Source: an uncultured Gemmatimonadales bacterium (GTDB taxonomy: Bacteria; Gemmatimonadota; Gemmatimonadetes; Gemmatimonadales; GWC2-71-9). Taken from it: 64,000 nt of DNA. The notes under the pieces were generated by a model. That model saw only the letters and a program-made list of their open reading frames with translations, was not told where the DNA came from and ran no database searches. Below are positions 55,424-64,000 of the stretch, piece after piece. Position 1 is the stretch's first letter, and the number at the start of each line of letters is the position of its first letter. The DNA lies in contig CAVVKJ010000008.1 in the NCBI GenBank assembly GCA_963748815.1, forward strand, positions 128,001-192,000, given 5' to 3'. The translations under genes were made by a program, and so were the position numbers.

Positions 55424-56581
55424 CTACACCATTTCCAACTCCCACCCCAGGTGCTTCGCTATGAGGGCGAGCCGAAACGTCAGGTCCACTTGCCGTGATT
55501 CCGCCGTCTTGGTTTCCGTGGCGAGCGGGAACATGTGATACGCGATCCGGTTGGTGCCCTTCGGGAGGCTCCGAAGACCCTTCGGATGCCAGACGCCCGT
55601 CTCGTCGCAGTCCCTCAGGAGGCGGCCAAGGACCTTGGTGGCGACGGGCGCGGTGTGGAGCGCGCCGATCCGTGCGAGGAGTTCGATGTAGTGCAGCGCG
55701 AGCGGGACGTCCTTCGCGACTCCCTTGCCATCGGCCTCGATCGGGTCACCGAGGAGGAGGTGCTGGGGCTTGAAGGTCTTCTTCCCGACATGAAGCCAGT
55801 AGGACTTCTTCGGCGCCGGCTGAGCCAAATAGGTGCCCAGCCGTTCGGTGAAGCCTGCACGCTCACGCTGGAGTGAGGGCATGGCCGCCACCATCGCCAC
55901 GGAATACCAGCTCGGCGGATACGCCTCCGGGTGGAGGATCGTCTTGGCGCCCGCCTTCACGAACGGCTTCTCGGAGAGTGGGCTGCGCAGGAACTGCGAC
56001 ACTGCGCTGGCCACCTTGTGTGCGGAGCCGCGGAGTCGCGGGTCCTCGATGTGGCCTGCCTCGGCCAGGGCGGCGCAGGACGCCTCGCGGATGACCCAGC
56101 GGGCCCAGGACTCGGCGTGCGCATCCCCCGCGGCCATCTTCTTGAACTCGAAGAGCAGGGCGGGGTCGTCGTCGCGAGAGAGCAGGCGGAAGAGGAGCCG
56201 GTCGGCGAGCTTGAACGGCCGCCCGCTGAGCGGAAAGCCCATCTGGAGCAGTCGGCGGTATTGCGGGATGGTGCCGACGTCCTTGATGCCGGTGGTCTTG
56301 GAGGGCGCCAGGCCGAGCAGGTTGCCTGCCCAGACGCCGGTGTCCTTCTGCTTCTTGACGACGGAGGCGACGGGCTTGACCTCCAGCAGCGCCTGATGGG
56401 CGGCCTCGACGGCCGCCGGGTCCGCGGAGCCGGCCGGCGCCAGCTCCGTGAGGGAGCGGTAGCGGATGATCTCGCCGCCGTGCTGGAGCAGCCAGGTGAG
56501 CGGCACGCGGTGCTGCGATGGGAGTTCCAGAGAGGCTCCAGGTCGGAGTGATTCCGAGGAGAAACGCCCGCGAAAGTACAC
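55424..56581 (-). CDS. Hypothetical protein (start probably near 56530)
   Basis: Long ORF with protein-like composition; QKDTGVW and CDETGVW motifs reminiscent of QW repeats. Confidence 0.7.
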   Translation of the reverse strand: MYFRGRFSSESLRPGASLELPSQHRVPLTWLLQHGGEIIRYRSLTELAPAGSADPAAVEAAHQALLEVKPVASVVKKQKDTGVWAGNLLGLAPSKTTGIKDVGTIPQYRRLLQMGFPLSGRPFKLADRLLFRLLSRDDDPALLFEFKKMAAGDAHAESWARWVIREASCAALAEAGHIEDPRLRGSAHKVASAVSQFLRSPLSEKPFVKAGAKTILHPEAYPPSWYSVAMVAAMPSLQRERAGFTERLGTYLAQPAPKKSYWLHVGKKTFKPQHLLLGDPIEADGKGVAKDVPLALHYIELLARIGALHTAPVATKVLGRLLRDCDETGVWHPKGLRSLPKGTNRIAYHMFPLATETKTAESRQVDLTFRLALIAKHLGWELEMV

Positions 56582-56685
56582 CGGATGCCGGTACAGGTCT
56601 AGGGGGAGTCCTGATTCGGTCAGGGGCGTCGGGGTGGTGACGAACAGACGTAAGTTCCTATGACACAGCGTGTTGCATAAGTGAA

Positions 56686-56715
56686 AATGGGGAGCCCGAT
56701 CTCGGGCTCCCCATT
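56686..56715. terminator. Intrinsic terminator
   Basis: AATGGGGAGCCCGA-TC-TCGGGCTCCCCATT perfect stem, TTTT on the - strand. Confidence 0.8.
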
Positions 56716-56764
56716 CTGTTGTGGTGTCATAGTGGTGCGACAGTGACGCGTCGCTGTGTGTATA

Positions 56765-58390
56765 CTATTTCGATGTGGCTGCCTTCAGGCGCGCTTCGCC
56801 GACCGCCCGGAACTCCGAATCGACATCCCAGGTCGGCTGGGCGGAACCATCGGCGGCATAGATGGCTGTCCGCAGTCCGACCCGGGTCTCGGGAAGCACT
56901 CCGTCGAGGGAGTACCACGAGCCAAACTCATCCTGCGGCCGGTGATATCGCTTGGTCGTGTACTCCTCCTGCACCTTCTTCGCGTAGTCCTTGGGACGGC
57001 CGACGAAGTCGCTGCCCGGTTCGAACGAAAGGGAGGGAATCCCCGCCCGGGCGAAGGGGAAATTGTCGGAGCGGAAGAAGGTGCCGCGGAACATTCCGGC
57101 CGAGTCTTCCGTCACCTGCAGTCCTTCCAATCGGGCGGCCGCCTGCAGCGCGCCAAGGAGCGACGATTGATCGGAGCCGTTGGCTGCGATGTCCCGCGCG
57201 CGCCCGTACAGGTTCGCGCCGTCGAAGTTGAGCATGGCCGCCACGTTCCGGAGGGGCATGAACGGCCGGTCGATCATCGCCTGGGAACCGAGCAGGCCGG
57301 ATTCCTCACCGCCGAACGCCGCGAACAGGATCGACCGTTTCCCCTTCAGCTCCGCGCGGTTCATCGCCTCGGCGATGGCGAGCATCTCGGCGACGCCCGC
57401 GGCGTTGTCTCGCGCCCCGTTGTAGATCGAGTCGCCGTCGACCGGCTTCCCGATGCCAAGGTGATCGTAGTGCGCGCCCAGAACCACCACTTCCTGTGCC
57501 AGTGGCCCGCCGGTGCCCGGGAGGCGGCCGAGGACGTTGTACATCGTGGTCCGGGTCATCGGGGCGCGGACTGTGGCCACGACACGCGTCGGCAGTTCGT
57601 AGCCGACGAAGCCCTGTTTCCCCGCCAGCGTCATCGCCTGCTGGAGGTCTCCCCCCGCCGCCTTGAAGGCGCGCGCCATCACGTCGTGCTGGACCCAGCC
57701 CGCGACCTTGAGGGAGGTCGGGGCCGTCTCCAGCCGGACCTGCGGGCCGCTGTAGCTGCCCTCCACGACGGCCCACGGGTACGTCGCGCTCTCGTCGGTG
57801 TGAATCAGCAGCACACCCGCCGCCCCCTGCCGCGCCGCCTCCTCGTACTTGTAGGTCCACCGCGCGTAATAGGTCAGCACCTTCCCCTTGAAGGTGGACG
57901 GATCGCGGAGGCCGGGATCGTTGACCATGACCGCGACGATCTTCCCTTTCACATCCACGTTCGCATAGTCGTTCCACCCATACTCCGGCGCCACGATGCC
58001 GTACCCCGCGAAGACCAGCGGTGCGTCGACGGTCACGAGCGAGTCCCAGCGCATCGGCCCGAGCACGAAGTCGGTCGGGTAGGCCAACTCCGAGGCCCCG
58101 AGGGCGAGCGTCGGTTCCGGCGTGAAGGTGATCACCGGCACTTCGAAGAAGTAGGTGCCGTCGTCACCCGCGGGCTCGAGGCCGAGCCGCATGTACTGGG
58201 CGGCGATGTAGCGGGCGGCGATATCGCCGCCCCGGGTTCCGGAGCCCCGTCCTTCCAGGGCGTCGCTCGCCAGAAAGTCGATATGGGCGCGGATGACCTC
58301 GGTGGAAACCGCCCGCGCAGCCTTGTCGACCCCGGTCTGCGCATGGGCGGCAGCGACCGGGGCGAGGAGGCACAGGGACAGGGCGTGCAC
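56765..58390 (-). CDS. M28-family peptidase with PA domain, secreted
   Basis: LASDALEGRGSGT, LVFAGYGI, GAHYDHLG, NGARDNAAG, GEESGLLGS, FFRSDNFPFA, YHRPQDE. Confidence 0.92.
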   Translation of the reverse strand: MHALSLCLLAPVAAAHAQTGVDKAARAVSTEVIRAHIDFLASDALEGRGSGTRGGDIAARYIAAQYMRLGLEPAGDDGTYFFEVPVITFTPEPTLALGASELAYPTDFVLGPMRWDSLVTVDAPLVFAGYGIVAPEYGWNDYANVDVKGKIVAVMVNDPGLRDPSTFKGKVLTYYARWTYKYEEAARQGAAGVLLIHTDESATYPWAVVEGSYSGPQVRLETAPTSLKVAGWVQHDVMARAFKAAGGDLQQAMTLAGKQGFVGYELPTRVVATVRAPMTRTTMYNVLGRLPGTGGPLAQEVVVLGAHYDHLGIGKPVDGDSIYNGARDNAAGVAEMLAIAEAMNRAELKGKRSILFAAFGGEESGLLGSQAMIDRPFMPLRNVAAMLNFDGANLYGRARDIAANGSDQSSLLGALQAAARLEGLQVTEDSAGMFRGTFFRSDNFPFARAGIPSLSFEPGSDFVGRPKDYAKKVQEEYTTKRYHRPQDEFGSWYSLDGVLPETRVGLRTAIYAADGSAQPTWDVDSEFRAVGEARLKAATSK

Positions 58391-58419
58391 CGCATGTCTT
58401 CGGATGGCAATCAACTCGT

Positions 58420-59325
58420 TCACTCCTCTGGCTGGCTGCACTCGATTAGGTACAGGGTGCCGGGGCTGGTCGAACTGGACTCGCTGGTCAGGAGGAGGCG
58501 GCGCTCATCCAGCCAGGTGACCCCCTCGCCCTGCGGCTCGATGGGGCCGAAGAAGCACTCCAGCCCGTGGTCGGGGGCGAGCCGCCCGCCGGCCTCGACG
58601 GTAAAGAAGAAGACGGCGGAGTAGGTGCGCACCGCCACCCGGGTACCGTTCGGAGAGAGGGCAGCGTCGCTGACCCAATGCCCGATGCTGATGTCCGGCG
58701 TGATCGGCAGCGAGTCCACGCGCACCGGCACGGCCGGGCCGCTCGCTGACCAGGCGCTCGCCGGGAGGTGGAAGAGGAGCATCCCCTTGGTCCGCCCCTT
58801 CGACACGAAGAACAGGTCACCCGCGGCGTCGGCGTAGATCGCCTCGACGTCGTGCGGCCCGTCAGGGTAACGGATGCTGAGCGATTCGGCGGGCGCCGTG
58901 ACCCCCAGTTCACCCTTGGCCAGCGCGTCGACCCTGGGCTCCGGAATCCGGTACAGCGTGACGCTCGGCCTGGTCTCGGGGTTGTCGCCGATGTCGCCGA
59001 TGATCAGGCACTGGCCGGCCGGGCAGGGCGAGGTGGTCAGGGTCTCCCAGTCGAAATTGCGGGCGCCCTCCACCCGAAAGGTGCCGAGCGAACGACCGGT
59101 CGAATCGACGGCGTAGACCCACGGGGCGTTCCCGGAATCGTTCAGGGTCCAGATGACGCCTGGCTGCGCGCGACTGGCCGCCGCGGCCGATGCCTCGGAG
59201 AGGGTGCTGTCTTCGAACGTACCCAGCCGGACGATTTGGGTGGGTGGGGTGATCTTCCACGGCGACTGCGCAGCCGCGGGCGTCGCCGCGAGCACGGCGA
59301 CGAGGGTTAGGGTCAGGGGGTGCAT
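58420..59325 (-). CDS. Secreted beta-propeller-like hypothetical protein
   Basis: Signal peptide; EASAAAAS, WTLNDSGN, DWETL, GDIGDN, YPDGPHDVEA, QGEGVTW, LTSE. Confidence 0.78.
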   Translation of the reverse strand: MHPLTLTLVAVLAATPAAAQSPWKITPPTQIVRLGTFEDSTLSEASAAAASRAQPGVIWTLNDSGNAPWVYAVDSTGRSLGTFRVEGARNFDWETLTTSPCPAGQCLIIGDIGDNPETRPSVTLYRIPEPRVDALAKGELGVTAPAESLSIRYPDGPHDVEAIYADAAGDLFFVSKGRTKGMLLFHLPASAWSASGPAVPVRVDSLPITPDISIGHWVSDAALSPNGTRVAVRTYSAVFFFTVEAGGRLAPDHGLECFFGPIEPQGEGVTWLDERRLLLTSESSSTSPGTLYLIECSQPEE

Positions 59326-59421
59326 GGCCTGTATTCTAGTCCGCCCCGCGCCCTACGCAAACAATCCTTGCTCCGGCCCCGCCGAGCGGGCATTTTGAGG
59401 CAACCAGGAGAATGCCTGCCC

Positions 59422-61473
59422 ATGCTCGAGAGCCTCAAGTCCCGCCCGATCACGACGCTGCCCGACGCCATCACCTTTGACGGCCGGATCCTCTACCTGA
59501 CGGTGGACCCGGACCTGATCCGCGGCCAGCTCCAGGGCCGGGACCTCGCCTGGACCCCGGCCGTCCCGCTGCGTGACGACATCTCCACCGACGAGATCAC
59601 TCCCGCATACATCTGCTACTACTACGACCAGACCCTGGGCGACTTCCCCTATCTGGGCCTCAAGTGTGGCGAGGAGTTTCCGATCACCCGCGGGTCGGTG
59701 CGGCAAGGGGGCTTCGTGGCCTCGGTCAGCGGCAAGCGGCGGGGGAAGGGGTCCAGCCGTGAACAGTCGCCCTATGCCGAGTTGATGGCCGGCATCAAGC
59801 TGGTGGTTGCCGAAAACATCGAGCGCATCTACCGGGAGAACTGCCAGAATCTCGGCGTGTTCACCAGCACCGACTTCTCCGTGCTCGACCGGGTGCGCCG
59901 CGGCGAGCCGATTCCGCTCTCGGTGTTCACCGACGGGGAAGGGGGCATCACCCGCGGCATCATCGAGCACGGCGGGCTCTTCCAGTACAACGTGGCGCGC
60001 ATGCAGGGCAAGGTGCGCGTCCCGGAAGTCACCACCAGGAAGCGCCCGATGACGATTGCAGAAAAGGTGCTGGCCCGCCGCTGGGTGACCGACCTGTCCG
60101 GCGACCGGGTCGGTGTTCCGTACGTCAAGCCGGGGGACGAAGGCTTCGTCCGCACCGACATCCGCTTCAGCCACGAGTACGTCACCCCGATGGCGGCCAT
60201 TTTCTGGCGCGATTTCGTGGGAGCCGACGAGAAGGTGGTGGATCCCGAGTCGATCTTCTTCTTCCGCGATCACCTGACCTTCCTCGAACTGGCCATGACC
60301 GACGCCCGGAAGGCGGAGGGGTTGCTCGACGTGGCGCTTGAGCTGAAGAAGAAGCAGGAGGAGTTCTCGGAGGAGCAGGGGATCAAGCTCTACGGCGAAC
60401 TGCCCCGCACGGCGCTCAACAGCATCGTCCAGGGCTCCGAGGCCATTTGCCACTCCAAGATGTTGGAGCGGCACGTCCTGCCCGGGCAGGTGGTCATCGG
60501 GAGCGACTCCCACACCCCACACAGCGGCGCGGTCGGGTGCGTTGCCTTCGGCGTCGGCACCACGGCCATCTTCAATTCCTGGCTCACCAAGGACGTCCGC
60601 CTCAAGGTACCGCCCTCGGTGCTCATCCGGGTCAACGGCACCAAGCCCGCCAACGTGACGGCCAAGGACTTCATGCTGCAGATTCTGCGGCAGCCCTACG
60701 TGAAGAGCGGCCGGGCCATCGGCAAGATCGTCGAATACGCCGGCGAGGCGGTCCGGGCGCTGTCGATCGACGAGCGCGCCACGATGACCAACATGGCCGC
60801 GGAGGTCGGGGCGTTTACCGGCATCATCGCGCCGGACGCGGTGACGGTGGACTACCTCGCCCGCGAGCGGGGGCTGCCGCGCGCCGAGGTCGAGGCGATG
60901 CTCGAGGGCCTCTTTTCCGATCCCGACGCCGAGTACGAGGAAGTGATCGACATCGACGCGTCGGCGCTGCAGCCGATGATCGCCCTCCCCGGCGACCCGG
61001 GGAACGGGCAGTTCATCCGCGAGCTCGGCGAGCAGGTCAAGCTGGACATCGCCTACGCCGGGAGTTGCACCGCGGGCAAGAAGGAAGACATGGACATGTA
61101 CGCCGCCGTGCTGCGCGAGGCGGTGGACGCCGGGGAGCGCATCCACCCCGACGTGCGGTTCTATATCCAGTTCGGCAGTCAGGACGTGAAGCGGTATGCG
61201 GAGGAGCAGGGGTACGTGCGGATCTTCGAGGCGGTGGGGGCCGAGATCATCGAGCCGTCGTGCGGCGCCTGCATCAACGCCGGCCCGGGGGTGAGCTACG
61301 ACCGGAAGACCGTCACCGTCAGCGCCATCAATCGGAACTTCCCGGGCCGGTCGGGTCCCGGGCAGCTCTACCTGGCCAGCCCGTACACCACGGCCGCCAG
61401 CGCGCTGGCGGGTTACATCACCGGCTGGGAGCCCAGGGCCAGTTTCGCGGGGGCCAGCCCCGACTCGCGGTAG
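59422..61473 (+). CDS. Aconitase-family protein: N-terminal swivel (LeuD-like) fused to LeuC-like Fe-S domain
   Basis: DDISTDEITP and GKGSSREQSP (swivel), then DHL, GSDSHTP, RATMTNMAAE, GSCTAG, CGACI, NRNFPGRSG, LASP. Confidence 0.88.
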   Translation: MLESLKSRPITTLPDAITFDGRILYLTVDPDLIRGQLQGRDLAWTPAVPLRDDISTDEITPAYICYYYDQTLGDFPYLGLKCGEEFPITRGSVRQGGFVASVSGKRRGKGSSREQSPYAELMAGIKLVVAENIERIYRENCQNLGVFTSTDFSVLDRVRRGEPIPLSVFTDGEGGITRGIIEHGGLFQYNVARMQGKVRVPEVTTRKRPMTIAEKVLARRWVTDLSGDRVGVPYVKPGDEGFVRTDIRFSHEYVTPMAAIFWRDFVGADEKVVDPESIFFFRDHLTFLELAMTDARKAEGLLDVALELKKKQEEFSEEQGIKLYGELPRTALNSIVQGSEAICHSKMLERHVLPGQVVIGSDSHTPHSGAVGCVAFGVGTTAIFNSWLTKDVRLKVPPSVLIRVNGTKPANVTAKDFMLQILRQPYVKSGRAIGKIVEYAGEAVRALSIDERATMTNMAAEVGAFTGIIAPDAVTVDYLARERGLPRAEVEAMLEGLFSDPDAEYEEVIDIDASALQPMIALPGDPGNGQFIRELGEQVKLDIAYAGSCTAGKKEDMDMYAAVLREAVDAGERIHPDVRFYIQFGSQDVKRYAEEQGYVRIFEAVGAEIIEPSCGACINAGPGVSYDRKTVTVSAINRNFPGRSGPGQLYLASPYTTAASALAGYITGWEPRASFAGASPDSR

Positions 61474-62636
61474 TCGCTGCGGGGGTTCCACAGCACCCAG
61501 CTCTCGATCCCCACATCCGCCGCAGCCTGGATTTGCGCGCGGACGTGCTCCCCGGTGTAGCGCGGGGCCCCGAGCGTGAACGCCTGCAGGTAGGGACGAA
61601 TGCTGGCCGGGCGTTCGAGCGGTGCGCTCCGCCGGAGTCCGTCTTCCAGCGCGCGCCGGACCACGAGGTAGGGCTCCGCGTTGGGCGTCTGAGTGCCGTA
61701 CATCCCCGGCGCATAGTGACTGGGATACACCATCGGCAGGACCACGTCCGACAATCCCACCAGGTCTTCCCATACCTGGCCGATGCCCATGTCACCCGTC
61801 ATGATCGTCGTCATCCCGAAGACATCGAGGGTCACGGGCACGTCGAAGGGGCGCATCCGCTCCCGCACCAGCATCAGGTTGCGCTGGACCCCGCCGCGGG
61901 TGGACTCGCCCGCGCGGCGCGCCGGGAAGACGGCGCTGGCCATCCGGCTCCGCGGCTCGTCCGGGAACCGCACGTAATCGAACTGCACTTCGGCGAATCC
62001 CATCGCGACCGCCTCGGCGGCGAGCTGCGTGGCGTAAATCCACACCGAATCGTTGAAGGCGTCCACCCAGGCGGTCCCCCGCCGGTCCCGCCAGAGGCCG
62101 CCATCCGCGGTCTGGATGGCCCACGCCGGCTTCCGTTCCGCCAGGAGGGGATCCTTGGCGACCACGATCCGGGCGATCGGATAGATCCCGTGCGCCAGCA
62201 TCTCCCGGACGCGCGCCTCGGTGTCGCGGGCGCGCAGTTCCTTGTTGGCGCCGATCGCGATCGCGGTGGGCACCTTCGAGGGATAGGTGAGATAGCCGGT
62301 GTCGTCCTTGAGGTCGATGACCAGCGCGTTGACCTCGGTCTCGTCGGCCAGCCGGATCAGCTCCCGGAAGCGGCTGCCGCCGAATGCCCATGCGTTGACA
62401 TAGAGCGCGCGCACCTGGTCCGGCTGGCGGACCAGCGGCGGGCTGGGCCAGGGGGAGTGAAGGTGAGACGGGAGTGCAGGGAGCGGGGCGAGGAAATCGA
62501 TCCCGTAGCTGCCCGGCAACTCCGAATGCCACTGCCCTTCCTGGGCCGCGGCGGGGATGCCGAGGATTGCACTCAGTGCCACGACGAAGCACAGGGCTGG
62601 ACCGCGCACAGGGACGCTCCGGCCCCGGGGGGCCAT
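61413..62636 (-). CDS. Putative glycoside hydrolase (DUF4015-like)
   Basis: VRALYVN, NALVIDLKDDTG, IYPIARIVVAKD, EVQFDYVRFPD, IGQVWE, PMVYPSHY, IRPYLQAF, WVLWNP. Confidence 0.85.
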   Translation of the reverse strand: MAPRGRSVPVRGPALCFVVALSAILGIPAAAQEGQWHSELPGSYGIDFLAPLPALPSHLHSPWPSPPLVRQPDQVRALYVNAWAFGGSRFRELIRLADETEVNALVIDLKDDTGYLTYPSKVPTAIAIGANKELRARDTEARVREMLAHGIYPIARIVVAKDPLLAERKPAWAIQTADGGLWRDRRGTAWVDAFNDSVWIYATQLAAEAVAMGFAEVQFDYVRFPDEPRSRMASAVFPARRAGESTRGGVQRNLMLVRERMRPFDVPVTLDVFGMTTIMTGDMGIGQVWEDLVGLSDVVLPMVYPSHYAPGMYGTQTPNAEPYLVVRRALEDGLRRSAPLERPASIRPYLQAFTLGAPRYTGEHVRAQIQAAADVGIESWVLWNPRSDYRESGLAPAKLALGSQPVM

Positions 62637-62680
62637 TGCAGGACGCCAGTTGTCGTGCAGGGGGTCAGGGTGGGCGAGCG

Positions 62681-64000
62681 CTAGGAGCCGATGATCCTGA
62701 TGTCGGCCCGGCGGTTCTCCGCGGGGGCCGCGTTCGGGTCGGCCCCGGTGGAACCTGCGCCGCGTGCCTGCAGTTGCTGGGGGCTGACGCCCTTGCTGAG
62801 CAGGTAATTCCTGACGGCATCGGCGCGGGCCGCGGAAAGCTGAAGGTTGGCCGTCTGGGAGGAGGCATCGTCGGCGTGACCGACGATCTCCACCGCGAGT
62901 CGCTGGTCGGCCTTGAGCACGCCGATCACCGAGTCGAGAACGGGCAGGGCAGCACCGCCGATGGTGCTGCTCTGGGGGGCAAACGCCGTGCCGGGCACCG
63001 TCCAGGGGCCTGGCGCCGGCGCCGTCGCGACGGCGGCCGCGCCAGCGGCTGCACCGACGGCGACTGCAGTGGGCGAGGGGGTCGGCGGCGTGGCGGAGGG
63101 TGGGCAGCCGAAACTGTTGACGGTGGCGCCCGCCGGCGAACTCGGACATTGATCGACGCCGTCCGGCACCTTGTCGTTGTCGGAATCGCCGGGACAGCCA
63201 AGCGCGTCTACCGTGGCGCCCGCCGGCGTCGCGGGACAGCGGTCCAGCCCGTCCGGCACGCCGTCGGTATCGGCGTCGGTGGGGCAGCCGGTCGCGTCCA
63301 CCTGTGCCCCCGCCGCCGTGTCCGCGCACTGGTCGACGCCGTCCACCACTCCGTCCTTGTCGGTGTCGCTGGGGCAGCCGGCCGGGTTCACGGTCGCGCC
63401 GGCCGGCGTATTCGGGCAGCGGTCGAGGCCGTCCGGAACGGCGTCGCCGTCGGTGTCGGAGGGACAGCCCTGCTTGTTGACGATGGCGCCGACCGGCGTG
63501 TCGGGACACTTGTCCTTCCGATCGAACACCCCGTCCCGGTCGCTGTCGATCAGTGGGCGGCTCCCCACCATGAACGCCAGCCCGAGGCTGCCGACGATGT
63601 TGTCGAAAGAGTCGAGGTCGCTGTTGCGCTGGTAGTCGACTTCGCCGCGGATCATGATGGTCGGAGAGAGGGCCGCCCGGAATCCGCCCCCAAGCACGAA
63701 TTCGGACGCGGAGCCGCAGGGCCCCGAGCCGGGCACGGAGACGGCCGGGCAGCTGTCGCCGTACTTGGTCGTGCCGAGCCCGGCCTTCAGGAAGAGGGAG
63801 CTCGATTCACCGGCGCGGATGTTGTAGAGGAGCGATGCGGTGCCGGAGAGGACGCTGGTGGACGCGCCGTTGGCGGCCTTCGGGTTGGAGGTCAGCCCTT
63901 CGAGTTCGATCCCGAGACTCATCGGGAGCCAGAACCCGGCGCGCAGCGCGCCCCCGAACCCCGCGTCGAGGTCGGTGACCGAGGCGAAAGACGTGACGGC
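62681..64000 (-). CDS. OmpA-family outer membrane protein with thrombospondin type-3 repeats (5' end beyond window)
   Basis: Beta-barrel segment, about five D.D.DGV.D..D.CP.T..GA.V...GCP repeats, C-terminal VGHAD..NLQLSAARADAVRNYL..NRRADI. Confidence 0.92.
   Translation of the reverse strand, partial: AVTSFASVTDLDAGFGGALRAGFWLPMSLGIELEGLTSNPKAANGASTSVLSGTASLLYNIRAGESSSLFLKAGLGTTKYGDSCPAVSVPGSGPCGSASEFVLGGGFRAALSPTIMIRGEVDYQRNSDLDSFDNIVGSLGLAFMVGSRPLIDSDRDGVFDRKDKCPDTPVGAIVNKQGCPSDTDGDAVPDGLDRCPNTPAGATVNPAGCPSDTDKDGVVDGVDQCADTAAGAQVDATGCPTDADTDGVPDGLDRCPATPAGATVDALGCPGDSDNDKVPDGVDQCPSSPAGATVNSFGCPPSATPPTPSPTAVAVGAAAGAAAVATAPAPGPWTVPGTAFAPQSSTIGGAALPVLDSVIGVLKADQRLAVEIVGHADDASSQTANLQLSAARADAVRNYLLSKGVSPQQLQARGAGSTGADPNAAPAENRRADIRIIGS

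Noticed and set aside
63100..63550. Periodic ~87-bp repeats
   Set aside because: They encode thrombospondin type-3 repeats of an OmpA protein, a common architecture.

Overview
High-GC bacterial chromosomal window. The gene content and protein style suggest Gemmatimonadota (inference). Many genes carry 1-nt frameshifts, most likely uncorrected long-read indels. From left to right: a partial MBL hydrolase and tRNA-Cys; a ~12.6 kb accessory block (pyrimidine-dimer glycosylase, carotenoid operon SRPBCC-crtI-crtB-crtE-hyp-crtYcd-P450, B12-dependent photoreceptor CarH/LitR, DUF4397-like lipoprotein, ArsR-SRPBCC-DUF1801, DinB, VOC) bounded by a 26/30-identical direct repeat; then mostly housekeeping genes (DUF3300/DUF2950, gluQ, two tandem dicarboxylate symporters, tal, tkt, HNH, fused E2-E1 2-oxoglutarate dehydrogenase, SBP plus hybrid kinase, glpD, fadI/fadJ, peptidases, putB, rsgA, fused E1 alpha-beta, Ser/Thr kinase, lon, aconitase-family fusion, OmpA-TSP3). 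The top finding is a c-di-GMP-I (GEMM-I) riboswitch at 39224-39320 (-). It has A at the ligand-selectivity position 20, the 3',3'-cGAMP-type signature, and a visible RBS-sequestering expression platform. It leads an operon of an HExxH lipoprotein translationally coupled to an N-terminally truncated Rho paralog. Other notable signals: a second CarH-type operator over a perfect sigma70 promoter of the DUF4397-like lipoprotein, and an AAGCGGGG octamer repeat family placed right after stop codons that has also invaded the lon reading frame. No CRISPR array, integrase or transposase was seen.
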